This document shows, one piece after another, positions 7,082-24,574 of a stretch of 62,175 nt of DNA (position 1 is its first letter; each line of letters starts with the position of its first letter). Position numbers and translations under genes: made by a program. The notes below the pieces were generated by a model. That model had not been told where the DNA came from. It searched no databases and saw only the letters and a program-made list of their open reading frames with translations. Source of the DNA: Candidatus Parcubacteria bacterium (GTDB lineage Bacteria > Patescibacteriota > Minisyncoccia > Phycocordibacterales > PALSA-1337); NCBI GenBank assembly GCA_963766795.1, contig CAVYBN010000013.1:1-62175 (forward strand), read 5' to 3'.

Positions 7082-8959
7082 TCAACGCCCCCGCTTCCCT
7101 TTCGCGACTTCCGCCTTTCTGACAGACAATGCTTGGCACTTCTTGGCTAATTCCGCCACGCGCGCCTGGTCGCCGGCGCGTTCGGCCGCGCGTAATTCGC
7201 CCATGGTTTGGATTAGCTCGGCATTGACGATATCCTCCCCGAAATTGGCGATGAGCTCGTCCATGTGGATAGGCCAACGGTCAGGCTCGCCGCCATAGAT
7301 GGCTTCCGCCTCGAATGATACGTCCGCCAAGAGCGGTTTGATGCGCTCGGCTCGTTCGGCATATGAATCGCCGGCAATCTTAACGACGCGCGCGCGGTAA
7401 TCTGCGGCGGCCTGCAACTTCCCTTTTTCCATTAGATCCAACAGGCCGAACATGCGGCGCTCTACGAGATCGATGCGATTGTTGACAGTCTCCCGGCTTG
7501 TCGGGAGCGAACCTGCGCGTTGCGCTTCAATCTCGCCTGTCGCGGGCGATCCTCCTCGCTCCGCAGCTCTGCCATTCGGCAGAATTGCTGCTCCGCGAGA
7601 GGCATCGCCCGCTCTGGCAGTCGCAGAACTAGCTCCTCTTTCCGCCAGCATCTTCTTCTCAACCGCCCTAACATCGTCCCAAACGGCCGATTCCGGCAGA
7701 TTGGTCTTGTCAGCCACCAGCTTCACGGAATAGGCTTTGTCAGTCGAGCTCTCGATGGCGATGATGAACGGGAAGACACGCTCGCGCAATATCCTCGGGA
7801 TCTTTCGCGGATCAGCCGTCTCGCGCAAGACATTATTCAATTCGAACTCCACAACCGGCTTAGCGGCACGCAGGACATTCTTCCAATCTTCCGGATTCGC
7901 CAGCACCAGATCAGCAGGATCCTTGCCACCAGTGATGTCGGCGACCTTGACGTCCATTCCCAACGACAATGCGATGCCAGCCGCACGCATAGCAGCCTTG
8001 CGACCGGCCGCGTCGGCGTCGAATGCGATGATGACATTTTGGGACAAACGGCGGAGCAGGCCTAGATTATTTATGACGCCATTCTTGTCGGATTCAGCGT
8101 CAGTTAAAGCAGTCCCTGAAGCCGCCACGGTATTCTTGACGCCAGCCTGATGCGACATGATCAGATCCATCTGTCCTTCGACGAGAATTGAATAATCCAG
8201 CCTGCGAATGAAGCCTTTGGCTTTATCAAGGCCGTAAAGCACGGAAGATTTGTCGAACAACGGCGTGTCCGGACTATTCAGGTACTTAGCAGAATTGCCG
8301 TCATCTTTGAGGATGCGCCCGGAAAAGGCGATCACCCGTCCGCTCGAGTCGTTCAACGGGAACATGATTCGCCCTCGAAAACGATCATAATAGTTGCCCG
8401 TATTGTCCTCTGCGCGTTTTGCAAGACCAGCCTTCTCGATCAGATCATTTGGATACTTCTTTGCTTTCAAATAATCGTACAAGTTGCGCCATCCTTCCGG
8501 CGCGAGGCCGATCCGGAATTCCGCGCGCGTCTTATCCGTCATACCGCGCTTCTTCACGTATTCAAAGGCTTCGCGAGCATTCTGGTTCGAAGCCGCCAAC
8601 TGTGCCTCGAAATATTTCGCGGCTTCTTCCATTATCGCGAATAGCCGATCCCTTTCGCTGTCTGCTTTCTGGTCGAAGACTAACCGCACGCCGGCCTTTT
8701 CAGCCAGCACTTTCAAAGCGCCCTTGAAATCGAGCCCCTCGAATTGCTCGACGAATGAGAAGATGTCTCCCTTGGCGCCGCAGCCGAAACAGTAGTATCC
8801 GCCACGATCCGGCGACACGAAGAATGAAGCTGTTTTCTCGTTGTGGAACGGGCATTTGGCCTTGAGCGACTTGCCGGACTTTTCCAATTTGACGTACTGG
8901 CCGACCAGCTCTTCAATGGGCAGACGGGCCTTTATTTCCTCGACATTGGAGCGGTTCAT
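7082..8959 (-). CDS. dnaG: DNA primase
   Basis: CHC2 zinc finger CPFHNEKT..CFGC, DRFRGRIMFP, KYLNSPDT, VEGQMD and FDAD Toprim motifs. Confidence 0.97.
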   Translation of the reverse strand: MNRSNVEEIKARLPIEELVGQYVKLEKSGKSLKAKCPFHNEKTASFFVSPDRGGYYCFGCGAKGDIFSFVEQFEGLDFKGALKVLAEKAGVRLVFDQKADSERDRLFAIMEEAAKYFEAQLAASNQNAREAFEYVKKRGMTDKTRAEFRIGLAPEGWRNLYDYLKAKKYPNDLIEKAGLAKRAEDNTGNYYDRFRGRIMFPLNDSSGRVIAFSGRILKDDGNSAKYLNSPDTPLFDKSSVLYGLDKAKGFIRRLDYSILVEGQMDLIMSHQAGVKNTVAASGTALTDAESDKNGVINNLGLLRRLSQNVIIAFDADAAGRKAAMRAAGIALSLGMDVKVADITGGKDPADLVLANPEDWKNVLRAAKPVVEFELNNVLRETADPRKIPRILRERVFPFIIAIESSTDKAYSVKLVADKTNLPESAVWDDVRAVEKKMLAERGASSATARAGDASRGAAILPNGRAAERGGSPATGEIEAQRAGSLPTSRETVNNRIDLVERRMFGLLDLMEKGKLQAAADYRARVVKIAGDSYAERAERIKPLLADVSFEAEAIYGGEPDRWPIHMDELIANFGEDIVNAELIQTMGELRAAERAGDQARVAELAKKCQALSVRKAEVAKGKRGR

Positions 8960-9004
8960 GGTGGAAGTATAACGCAGGAAATAGGAAGCAGGAAGCAGTG
9001 ATAA

Positions 9005-9718
9005 ATGCTACTATTGCAATCAATGCTTTCTCTATTCAACGGTCTCATCAAGAACACAATCGACATCTTCAAAGGCCGGAACTTGCTCTGGCATTTATTA
9101 GCGATCGTTTTGACGATCGTAATCGTCACCGGCGGCTTCGATTGGTCCTATTATTTGGCGACAAGGAATCCAAGCTTGCTTTTGATCGCATTTCCCGCCG
9201 TCATCTTCGGTAGCACGCTCCCAATCCTTGTACCAATCCTGATCTTAATCGTTGGAAAGGTATGGAAGAAGTCACGGCTAGCAATGACCGCTTGGGCGCT
9301 CGGCCAAGCCGCCATTCTTGGCGCTTTGATTTCCGGAACTTACAAAGCATTCACCGGCCGCATCCCGCCGCCGCTTTCAGGCATGTTCGGAATGCCATCA
9401 AGCTCTGCCGTCCCTCTAATCGTCGATTCCAGCCACGGATTCCAGTTCGGCTGGTTCAACGGTGGCGTCTTCTGGGGCTGGCCTTCGACGCACACCACCA
9501 TCGCCTTCGCCATGGCAGTCTGCCTCATCATGCTCTATCCCAAGAACAAAAAGCTGGCTTTCTTCGCTCTGCTCTACGCGCTCTATATCGGCCTCGGCGT
9601 CTCCATGACCATCCACTGGTTCTCCGAATTCGTGGCCGGCGCCATCATCGGCAGCGTGATCGGGATAGTGGTGGGAAGGTCGTTCAAGGCATCGCTTAAC
9701 AGAGCGAGTCAAGATTGA
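9005..9718 (+). CDS. PAP2 family membrane phosphatase
   Basis: KxxxGRxPP, PSxH and HW motifs with TM segments. Confidence 0.8.
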   Translation: MLLLQSMLSLFNGLIKNTIDIFKGRNLLWHLLAIVLTIVIVTGGFDWSYYLATRNPSLLLIAFPAVIFGSTLPILVPILILIVGKVWKKSRLAMTAWALGQAAILGALISGTYKAFTGRIPPPLSGMFGMPSSSAVPLIVDSSHGFQFGWFNGGVFWGWPSTHTTIAFAMAVCLIMLYPKNKKLAFFALLYALYIGLGVSMTIHWFSEFVAGAIIGSVIGIVVGRSFKASLNRASQD

Positions 9719-9831
9719 CAGAGATGTTTCATCAGTTAAACTTACATCGTAAACGCCTTCGGGCGTGCCCTCTCACGAGGGAGAAAAAGACTGCTCTCGC
9801 GTCGGCGAGCAGTTTTTTAATCGGATAAATC

Positions 9832-10308
9832 ATGATCGAAAAAACCAAAAGATTATTGGAGTGGATATCGATGAAGATCTCGCTTGAGAATGGCGAGGCT
9901 GTATTACCGCACTTTAATGAAGGTGAGATCTGGTGGTGCAGTTTGGGCGAGAATGTCGGAACGGAGATCAACGGAAAGGGCCTACATTTTACAAGACCGA
10001 TGGTCATATTGATTAAACTTGATGAAAAATCATTTATCGGTGTGCCGCTCACAAGCAAGATTAAGAAAGGCTCATGGTATTTTCCGATGCCTCAAAATGA
10101 AAATGGGACGGCCATCATGGCACAAGCACGGTATGTCGATTATAAGAGGATGGATAAAATGATCTCTACTATGGATTGGCGGGAATTTGAAAGGCTTCGC
10201 GCGTCATTCGTAATGCTTCTCTATCATAATAAATCGCCCGCTCATCACAAGCGGGCGGACGTGGGAAATCCCAAACTTGATGATAGTGTAGCACCCAAAG
10301 AAAATTAA
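9832..10308 (+). CDS. PemK/MazF family toxin
   Basis: GEIWWCSLGENVGTEING..RPMVI..VPLTS..QARYVDYKR. Confidence 0.85.
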   Translation: MIEKTKRLLEWISMKISLENGEAVLPHFNEGEIWWCSLGENVGTEINGKGLHFTRPMVILIKLDEKSFIGVPLTSKIKKGSWYFPMPQNENGTAIMAQARYVDYKRMDKMISTMDWREFERLRASFVMLLYHNKSPAHHKRADVGNPKLDDSVAPKEN

Positions 10309-10426
10309 GCAATATTGACACGCATTGAATCTCATCGCTTTGCCTAACACAAAAAGAGCCGCCTTCCCTTCCGGTAAGCCGGCTCTTTTTGCACGGAGGT
10401 CGGACCTCCGTTATGATGAAAATCGA

Positions 10427-10579
10427 TTACTTGAGCGGATTCTTGCCTTGGATGACTCTGATAAGGAATAGGACGATCGCGACTACGAGCAAGACGTGAA
10501 TGAACCACCCGATCGTGTACAAGCCGATGATTCCCAGAAACCAGAGAACTAGCAGGATAAGTGCGATTGTTATTAGCAT
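10427..10579 (-). CDS. lmo0937-family small membrane protein (50 aa)
   Basis: Manual translation MLITIALILLVLWFLGIIGLYTIGWFIHVLLVVAIVLFLIRVIQGKNPLK. Confidence 0.8.
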   Translation of the reverse strand: MLITIALILLVLWFLGIIGLYTIGWFIHVLLVVAIVLFLIRVIQGKNPLK

Positions 10580-10707
10580 GAAAGTTTATTAATTATTCTG
10601 ATAATGGATCACCAAATTTGATTTTTCTTGGGATTTGAGTTTTGGGCGTTTTGGGCTTTGAGATCTGATCTATTAATCGTCTCCACCGGCTGGCGGATCC
10701 CGATCTT

Positions 10708-14507
<3,800 letters not shown>

Positions 14508-14541
14508 TTATAACTGCAAAATGTACAGTGAAAATAGCCGG

Positions 14542-15252
14542 TTAGTTGGTAATGGTGAAAGTCGCGGCAATGCTGCTAAGAACACTCTCATCTTCAGGAC
14601 TATTATCAGCAATCCCTATAATCACAAAAGAACTATGTGATAACGGAATAATTCTAGATACAGATATTCCCGAGTCATCAGAAAAGTAAGCCAATCCGCT
14701 ACTGCCATAAGAAGGTGTTATTGCGGTTGTGTCAGTATTTTGACGGCCATTTCCAATCGATACTATCGTTGTTCTCGTCCACTGATTTTTTGTAGTGTCA
14801 TAATATATGTTATCTATCTCTTGCTTTGCGTTGCCATTAAGAACAGAGCCAGAAGCGTAGGTGACAAAAATATTGTCAGGAGATCCATAAAGTTCGACTA
14901 CATCAGTTTTGTTAGGAAGCTTCATGAGATTACTATCTGGATTTTGAGCCTGATAGCTTGTTGGATATTGGAATGAGAATCCGTACTGGCTATTCGTATA
15001 TGTCTTCCAACCAGCCGTCGAAGTCGCCGTTGAGCTAGCGACTGAACCATTCACCGGCGTTGAACTAGCGTTAATAGGAGCCTGTGAAGAATGAACTGGC
15101 GCTGGCGTCGTGACAACATTCTGCATGTTAATGGCTTGCGGCTGATTCACGGTCTGACTGTAATGGATCCAGTAGACGCCGCCGACCAATATCAAAGCCA
15201 CGATGACGATGACCGCGGGGATGAGGAGCTTATTTGAGGTTGATGGGTTCAT
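14542..15252 (-). CDS. Membrane-anchored secreted protein, PsbP-related
   Basis: N-terminal TM, S/T linker, WKTYTNSQYGFSFQYP motif. Confidence 0.65.
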   Translation of the reverse strand: MNPSTSNKLLIPAVIVIVALILVGGVYWIHYSQTVNQPQAINMQNVVTTPAPVHSSQAPINASSTPVNGSVASSTATSTAGWKTYTNSQYGFSFQYPTSYQAQNPDSNLMKLPNKTDVVELYGSPDNIFVTYASGSVLNGNAKQEIDNIYYDTTKNQWTRTTIVSIGNGRQNTDTTAITPSYGSSGLAYFSDDSGISVSRIIPLSHSSFVIIGIADNSPEDESVLSSIAATFTITN

Positions 15253-15309
15253 GGTGATTAAAATAATAGTTAATAAATAGCCATTGACAATGGTAAAATT
15301 TGGACTATA

Positions 15310-15936
15310 CTATTCTCCATAAGCCTTGACGCCAGGAAGGCTCGCTGGCACACGGCCTCCGGGATCAACTTCACCGGAGGCGATGGATGAGGACCCGCCG
15401 CCCTCCAAGGCTCGAAAAGGCATGCCTCGCTTCCTTATGGTGGCGAGGTATTGCCGTTTCTGGTCGGCATCGTACTGTTCAAAGAAAGTAACGACTCCAT
15501 ATCCGTTGAACCGGTTCGCTCCGATGACGAAACATCCGCCTTCAGTATCCTTGAAAAGATTTATCTTGTCAGGATTCCCTTCAACGCCTTTCAGGAATAT
15601 CCCATTCTCAAATTCATTGGCCGTCACGACTATGTCCGCTGAATTGAAATATCCGTGATCTCTGACGATCTTCCTGAAATTCTTCCTGTTGAACATCACT
15701 GGGAAAGTCTTCGCGTCAGCCGGCGCCACATGAGACAGAACGGCGCCGTCAAAGAAAGAATCTTCGACTGTTCCATACTTGATCCGGTCAACTTCAGCGA
15801 TCTCCTTCCGGTACTTATCTCCAACGCTCCGCTTGAAGGTAAAGCCTGAAAAACCAGTCTTGTTCCTAGCGCCTTCCAGAGCCGCTTGTTTTTGAGGATT
15901 ATTCTTTATTTTTAAATTTTGATTTGTCATTTTCAT
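15310..15936 (-). CDS. Hypothetical protein (weak resemblance to PBECR-type nuclease folds)
   Basis: 208-aa ORF directly after rpoB; RKIVRDHG motif. Confidence 0.55.
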   Translation of the reverse strand: MKMTNQNLKIKNNPQKQAALEGARNKTGFSGFTFKRSVGDKYRKEIAEVDRIKYGTVEDSFFDGAVLSHVAPADAKTFPVMFNRKNFRKIVRDHGYFNSADIVVTANEFENGIFLKGVEGNPDKINLFKDTEGGCFVIGANRFNGYGVVTFFEQYDADQKRQYLATIRKRGMPFRALEGGGSSSIASGEVDPGGRVPASLPGVKAYGE

Positions 15937-15943
15937 TTACTGA

Positions 15944-19149
<3,206 letters not shown>

Positions 19150-19524
19150 AGTATTTGTAAATTAATAATCGCTTCGCTCTTGTTCTGACTTCGACTCGGA
19201 CGCTGTGAATTTAAGACATTCACGCGTCCTCGCTCGTCAGAATAAAATTCAAAATCACAAAAAAGCCGCTCAACGACAACGAGAGCAGTAACGGTTGAAG
19301 ATTACCGTGATTGATGGGTAGGCAAGGATTAATTTTGAGCCTTTCTAATCCTCCGCTATGGCCCTCCTTCGCCTTTCGGCTTCGGCGGGCGCTGCAGAAC
19401 TCAATCTGCGAAGTTGGGAACAGCCTAGCAAACAAGCACAGTGAAGTCAAGCTTGGCAAGCTCGATTGTGGACAATCTGTGGAAATCAGCGAAAAAACGG
19501 CTTATTCAGAGGGTTTGCCGACGG

Positions 19525-20289
19525 CTATCTCTTCTGTTTCTTCATCTTCCACTCATCCATCTTGGCGTGATGTCCGCTCAAGAGGATCTTCGGCACGCGG
19601 TACTCCTTGCCTTTGTATTCGAATGATTCCGGCCGCGTGTAGACGTCGGGGCTAGCCACACGCGACTCTTCTATTGAGGAATCGTGCCCGAGAACGCCTG
19701 GCAAGCGACGAGTGATCGAGTCGATCATGATCATCGCAGGCAATTCGCCTCCGGTCAGCGTGTAAGGGCCGACTGACATGTCAACCATTGGGAACGCTTT
19801 TTTAATGCGCGCGTCGATGCCTTCATAGCGTCCGCAGATAAGAATAATGTCCGTGTATTTCTTATAAGAATCAGCCAATGAATTGGAAAACTGCTTGCCA
19901 GAAGGATTGAAGAATATTATTTTGACTTTCTTGGCCGCCGAAGCCTTGGCGGAAGAGGCTGACTTCAAATTTTGACTTTTGACTTGCAATTTTGACTTTT
20001 GATTTTTGACTTTTGAATTCCGATTTCCAGCTTCTTTGACCGCTTTTTCGACAGCTTTAATGACCGGCATCGCTTCAATGACCATTCCCGGCCCGCCGCC
20101 ATACGGCCGGTCGTCAACGCGCCTGTCAGCATAAGTCGGCTTCTTCCCTTTTGAAGCGACGGTGAAATCGCGCGGATTGTAGCATTTGATCGCGACTAGC
20201 CTCTTCTCCTGCGCGCGCTTGACGATGGATGCGTTCAGATAGGAATCAAGCGATTCCGGGAATAGGGTTATGACGTGGAAGGTAAGCAT
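19525..20289 (-). CDS. trmD: tRNA (guanine-N1)-methyltransferase
   Basis: VDDRPYGGGPGM, CGRYEGID, LTGGELPA, YTRP, LLSGHH. Confidence 0.95.
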   Translation of the reverse strand: MLTFHVITLFPESLDSYLNASIVKRAQEKRLVAIKCYNPRDFTVASKGKKPTYADRRVDDRPYGGGPGMVIEAMPVIKAVEKAVKEAGNRNSKVKNQKSKLQVKSQNLKSASSAKASAAKKVKIIFFNPSGKQFSNSLADSYKKYTDIILICGRYEGIDARIKKAFPMVDMSVGPYTLTGGELPAMIMIDSITRRLPGVLGHDSSIEESRVASPDVYTRPESFEYKGKEYRVPKILLSGHHAKMDEWKMKKQKR

Positions 20290-20312
20290 AGAAACAATGC
20301 TAGCACAACGCT

Positions 20313-20775
20313 CTAAATCCTTCGAATCGGCATTGAAATTGGCTTTTCTGTCTCTTCATCACCTACTTCAATCGGTTCCTTCTTGGCAAACTTCCTGTCG
20401 AGCGAAATCGAATCTGGCCCAGCGAAGACGATCGAGAGCGTCGCCACCGCCAGACCCAGATCGCGGATCCCCAATGGGGATATTCCGATCGTCGCCGAGA
20501 TCCCGAACAGGTGGAGAGCCAATAGCAATGAAACGATCCGCGTTTGAAAACCGGCGAGCAAGGATAGGCCGAAAATCAGTTCGAACCACGCATTCAACAA
20601 GACGAGCATGGCGGCATTTCCGCCTAAGATCGCCACGACCGCATGTGGAACATAACCGGTCCAGACGGAAGGGTCGGAGAATTGGTAATAACTGAAGAAA
20701 AGAAAGACCACGCCCATTCCAAGGCGAATGATGATTGGCGCCAACGGTTGTATTCGAATAAGAAAGCGGTTCATT
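20313..20775 (-). CDS. DoxX family membrane protein
   Basis: RLGMGVVF..ELIFGLSLLAGFQTR..RDLGL..GPDSISLD. Confidence 0.8.
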
Positions 20776-20822
20776 GCCGGGAAGCGATTAAGATCTGTGC
20801 CGATAATGATAATGTTTGCCAA

Positions 20823-21326
20823 TCATTGAACGAGCGTGCCAATGGCGAATCCTGACAACTCATTCGCCGGTCGCCTTTGTCCGCCATGCTGGTCGTTGAA
20901 AGCCGTCGAGCCGTCTATGCCGCAGATGCTCAAAATCGCTTGCTGACCGCCCGGATGCAGATTGATCCATGAGGTCAAGTCGTAAACTTTTCCATTGATG
21001 GCAGACCAGCAGCTTGAGGCGTTGTTGTGCTGCGCGACTTGTGCCAATGTGTATGACTTTGGAGCATTTGAAGTCGGTGAAGTTTTAGAGGTAGAATTTG
21101 GTGGAGAGACAGACGTTGTAGCCGGAACAACCGCATTTGAATCAACAGGTGTCGGCACTGTCGCCGAAGCACTTGAATCAATCGGGGCCGAACTGTTCGA
21201 GGCCTGCGTCGATTGGCTTGCTGTCGAATAGGTGCTTGCCTGCGAACCGCCGCGATTTGCGAGCATGATGATACCAGCACCGACTAGAAAAACGGCGAGG
21301 ATCCCTATGCTGATCTTTGTCTTCAT
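20823..21326 (-). CDS. Membrane-anchored cytochrome b5-like heme-binding protein
   Basis: YTLAQVAQHN..CWSAINGKVYDLT..HPGG..FNDQH. Confidence 0.9.
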   Translation of the reverse strand: MKTKISIGILAVFLVGAGIIMLANRGGSQASTYSTASQSTQASNSSAPIDSSASATVPTPVDSNAVVPATTSVSPPNSTSKTSPTSNAPKSYTLAQVAQHNNASSCWSAINGKVYDLTSWINLHPGGQQAILSICGIDGSTAFNDQHGGQRRPANELSGFAIGTLVQ

Positions 21327-21427
21327 GTCATTGTAATACTAACACTTAATGTTGCATGGTGCATGAAAAAAACCAGACAGTGCATCTGGCGTTTTTCAAA
21401 TCTAAATCACAAATCTCAAATAACTCT

Positions 21428-21505
21428 GTCATCCCCGCGAAGGCGGGGATCCAGGGTCAAACCTATATCAGTAATACACTAGATTCCCGCTTGCGCGGGA
21501 ATGAC
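21428..21505. repeat. Paired REP-like palindromic element, intergenic
   Basis: GTCATCCCCGCGAAGGCGGGGATCCAG..GATTCCCGCTTGCGCGGGAATGAC. Confidence 0.85.
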
Positions 21506-21520
21506 AAAACAATCATTCAA

Positions 21521-21919
21521 TTACTCCAACTTCAGATCCGCCATGGCCTCATCCACGCTCTTCGAAGCCGACGAGACTGAAGGAGACACGAACGGCGCGG
21601 GCGAAGCATAAGCCGCGGGAGCAGGTGAAGCTGACATTCCGGCGGAAGCCATGCGCTCCGGCGAGCGGAGACCACCGACTGGCTCGTTGATCTTCAGGTT
21701 GACGCGGCTGTTATTCTTCATGCCGACGACGCGCAAGAGGGTGCGGATCGATTTGGCGGTATTGCCCTGGCGACCGATGATCTTGCCCATGTCGGCTGCG
21801 CCGACGTCGAGGGTGATGAGCACGCCCATCTCGTCCACCGTGCGGGTGGTTTTGACTTGCTCCGGATTGTCCACTAATGCTTTGACGACGTACTCGAGAA
21901 ACTGCTGGTCTGCTTGCAT
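21521..21919 (-). CDS. khpA: KH domain RNA-binding protein
   Basis: LVDNPEQV..DMGKIIGRQGNTAKSIRTLL; lies in the rpsP-trmD cluster. Confidence 0.9.
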   Translation of the reverse strand: MQADQQFLEYVVKALVDNPEQVKTTRTVDEMGVLITLDVGAADMGKIIGRQGNTAKSIRTLLRVVGMKNNSRVNLKINEPVGGLRSPERMASAGMSASPAPAAYASPAPFVSPSVSSASKSVDEAMADLKLE

Positions 21920-21971
21920 GGTAGTTCGTAGCTAGCTTATAAGCTGTACAGTTCGCTGTACTGCGCACAGT

Positions 21972-22307
21972 TTAGAAGATTTTTTGTCCGAGCGCAACCA
22001 CTGATTGCGGGGTGAGGTATATCGTCTCGCCTTTCTCGTTAGAAACGCCCAAGATAAGGACTTCCGATATCTCTGGACCCATCTTCTTTGAAGGAAAGTT
22101 AACCACGCCGATCACTTGTTTTTCCATCAACTCATCCCTTGAATAATTACGATATGCGCCACACGACACTTTCGTTCCAATCTCAGAGCCAAAATCGACA
22201 GTCAATCTATAGGTTGGTTTCTTTGATAACGAATCTTCCACTTTGATGATCTTCCCCACACGAATGTCCAATGCTTCAAACGCTGAATAATCAGTTTGAG
22301 ATTTCAT
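21972..22307 (-). CDS. tRNA-binding protein, CsaA/Trbp111 family
   Basis: LDIRVGKI..VDFG..VVNFPSKKMG..SEVLILG. Confidence 0.85.
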   Translation of the reverse strand: MKSQTDYSAFEALDIRVGKIIKVEDSLSKKPTYRLTVDFGSEIGTKVSCGAYRNYSRDELMEKQVIGVVNFPSKKMGPEISEVLILGVSNEKGETIYLTPQSVVALGQKIF

Positions 22308-22373
22308 ATTTGTATGTTAAGGTGCGTAAAAAGCGAACCGAGATGCGCACAAAAATTGTATTCAAATGCAGGA

Positions 22374-22783
22374 TTAGGCGGCGGCTTTCTCCGCCGGGAC
22401 TGGAGCAACTTCGGCGGCAGGTGCGGCAGCTTCAACGGCTTCAGCTACAATTTCGCTTCAGCCTTCGGAGCTTCCTCATTCTTGGCCTCTTCTGCTTTCT
22501 TGATCGGCCTCTTCTTCGGCAGAGCGTTGATCTTCTTGCCGGTGATGACCTTATTGTGGACCAGGAAATTGTGGAGCGTCACGGAAGTCTGTGCGCCCTG
22601 CGAGATCCAGCGCTTGATCTCCTCGGTATCCATCTGATCGAGGGTATTCTTACGTCGGGTGTCGTACCAGCCGAGATTCTTCAAGTATTTGCCGCTCTTC
22701 GGGCCGTTCTTGGAATCCGTCAAAACCACCCGGAAGGTGGGCTCGTGCTTTCGTCCGACGCGCTGAAGGCGGATCATTAACAT
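22374..22783 (-). CDS. rpsP: 30S ribosomal protein S16 with Ala/Glu-rich tail (apparent frameshift ~22447)
   Basis: MLMIRLQRVGRKHEPTFRVV..LGWYD..WISQGAQ. Confidence 0.92.
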
Positions 22784-22843
22784 AGGTAAGATGGGATCAA
22801 ATCCGACCAAAGTAAGGCATTTTTTGCAAGAAGCGCCAAAGCC

Positions 22844-24188
22844 TTATCCAAATCGCTCTTTTTTGTTTGTCGTCCAAATGAGAATCTCACTGAAGTCTTG
22901 ACTGTCAGCGCCGATAGCCTTCAAAACATAGGATTCTTCGGCATCTCGTAGGCATGAGCTCTTGGTGGAGCAGGCCACGCCCACGGCATCCAGTCGCAGG
23001 ACGAAGACTTCGTTTTCGATGCCGGGAATGGAGACATTTAGGATATGGGGCGATTGGGAAACGGTTAAGTTAGATGCAGCGCGAATATTTTTTGTAGAGG
23101 CGGCAGACAATCCTTTTGGTGACTTTGACAAAGTGTCGAGATTTTCGACACTTTTCAAAAGTGACGCGGAGGGATGTTCGCTCGCCGGCAAGCATTTCAA
23201 TCGGAGCCGGGTTCACTTTCAAGTCCAGTCTGATCTTCAAAAGACCTTTAATGAAATGTTCCTTTAATTGAGCGATTCGCTTCACTTCCTTGTCGCGAAC
23301 AATGGAAGCGATCTCCAAAGCTTTGGCGAATCCCATGATGGCCGGCACGTTTTCAGTGCCTGAACGCAAACCTCTTTCCTGTCCGCCGCCGTGAATGATC
23401 GGCTCGATCGGAGTGCCGCGTCTGACGAATAATGCGCCGATTCCCCTAGGCCCATAAACTTTACTGGAATCAGTGGTAAGCAAACCGACTCCTAATTGTT
23501 CGACGTTCAAATCATTGAAAAGGGCGGCTTGCGAAGCGTCGGTGTGAAGCAGGGGGTAGGGTTCAGGGTTCAGGGTGCAGGGTGCAGGGTGCGGTTCAAT
23601 TTTGAGTTTTGAATTTTGAGTTTTGAGTTTTTCTGTACCCCGTCCCCTGTACCCTGTACCCTTCTTCCAATGTCTTATCACCTTTGCTATCTCGCGAATC
23701 GGCTGGATCGTCCCGATCTCATTATTCACTGTCATTATAGAAATCAAATAAGTAGACTGTTTGATTGCCTTCTTTAGCTCGTCCAATGAGATTAGCCCTT
23801 GTGAATCGACGCCTAATCGTGTGACTTCGACGCCATGTTTCTCCAGCATATTCGCCGTTTCCATAATGGATGAATGTTCGATGGCCGAAATGATCAGGTG
23901 CGGCTTCTCTATCCCATTGCGCCCCGCCGCGCGGCAAGCGCCTTCCAATGCCAAATTATTCGCTTCAGTCCCGCCGCTTGTGAATGTGATCTCATCTCCG
24001 TGCGCGTTCAAAAAACCGCCGACTCTCTTGCGAGCCGATTCGATCGCCTTCTTGGCCGCCACGCCTTCTTTGTAAAGCGAGGAGGGATTAGCATATTCAG
24101 CCCTTGAATAGAGCTCCATCTCGCGCTGGACACGAGCGTCAATAGGAGTCAGTGAGGCGTAATCCAGGTAAATGCGTCTAGCCGTCAT
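22844..24188 (-). CDS. iscS: Cysteine desulfurase (apparent frameshifts ~23200 and ~22890; two insertions)
   Basis: IYLDYASLTP, ANPSS, FTSGGTEANN, HTDASQ, SSKVYGPRGIG, RSGTEN, STKSSC. Confidence 0.88.
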
Positions 24189-24433
24189 GCGATTGCCAGC
24201 TTGTTCTCTATCTTCCGCAAACGACGGCCGTGGTCGCTGTATACAACCCTGCTCAAAGAATTGAATTCCTCTCTAAACTCATGCATTTCATTCTTGAATT
24301 CCAATAGATTCTCGCCTTGTTCTTTAAAACGAGACTCGACATCGCGTTTGAACTCCGACAAGCTTTTGTCTTGTTCCTTGAATCCCTTATTGATCATGAT
24401 CGCTAAATCATCCAAAGTTATTTGTGTTGTCAT
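24185..24433 (-). CDS. Small coiled-coil hypothetical protein
   Basis: 82-aa ORF overlapping the iscS start by 4 nt. Confidence 0.7.
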   Translation of the reverse strand: MTTQITLDDLAIMINKGFKEQDKSLSEFKRDVESRFKEQGENLLEFKNEMHEFREEFNSLSRVVYSDHGRRLRKIENKLAIA

Positions 24434-24574
24434 GGATATTCAGCTCGTTAGGCAGGATAGCGAGCGTAGATTATCTTGATAATGAGTGAATTGTAGCAAA
24501 AAATCTCGACCGCACAAGCTCACAAGCCTCAAAAAATGTTTCCTAATGATATTTAATGGAGTATAATTGGCACA

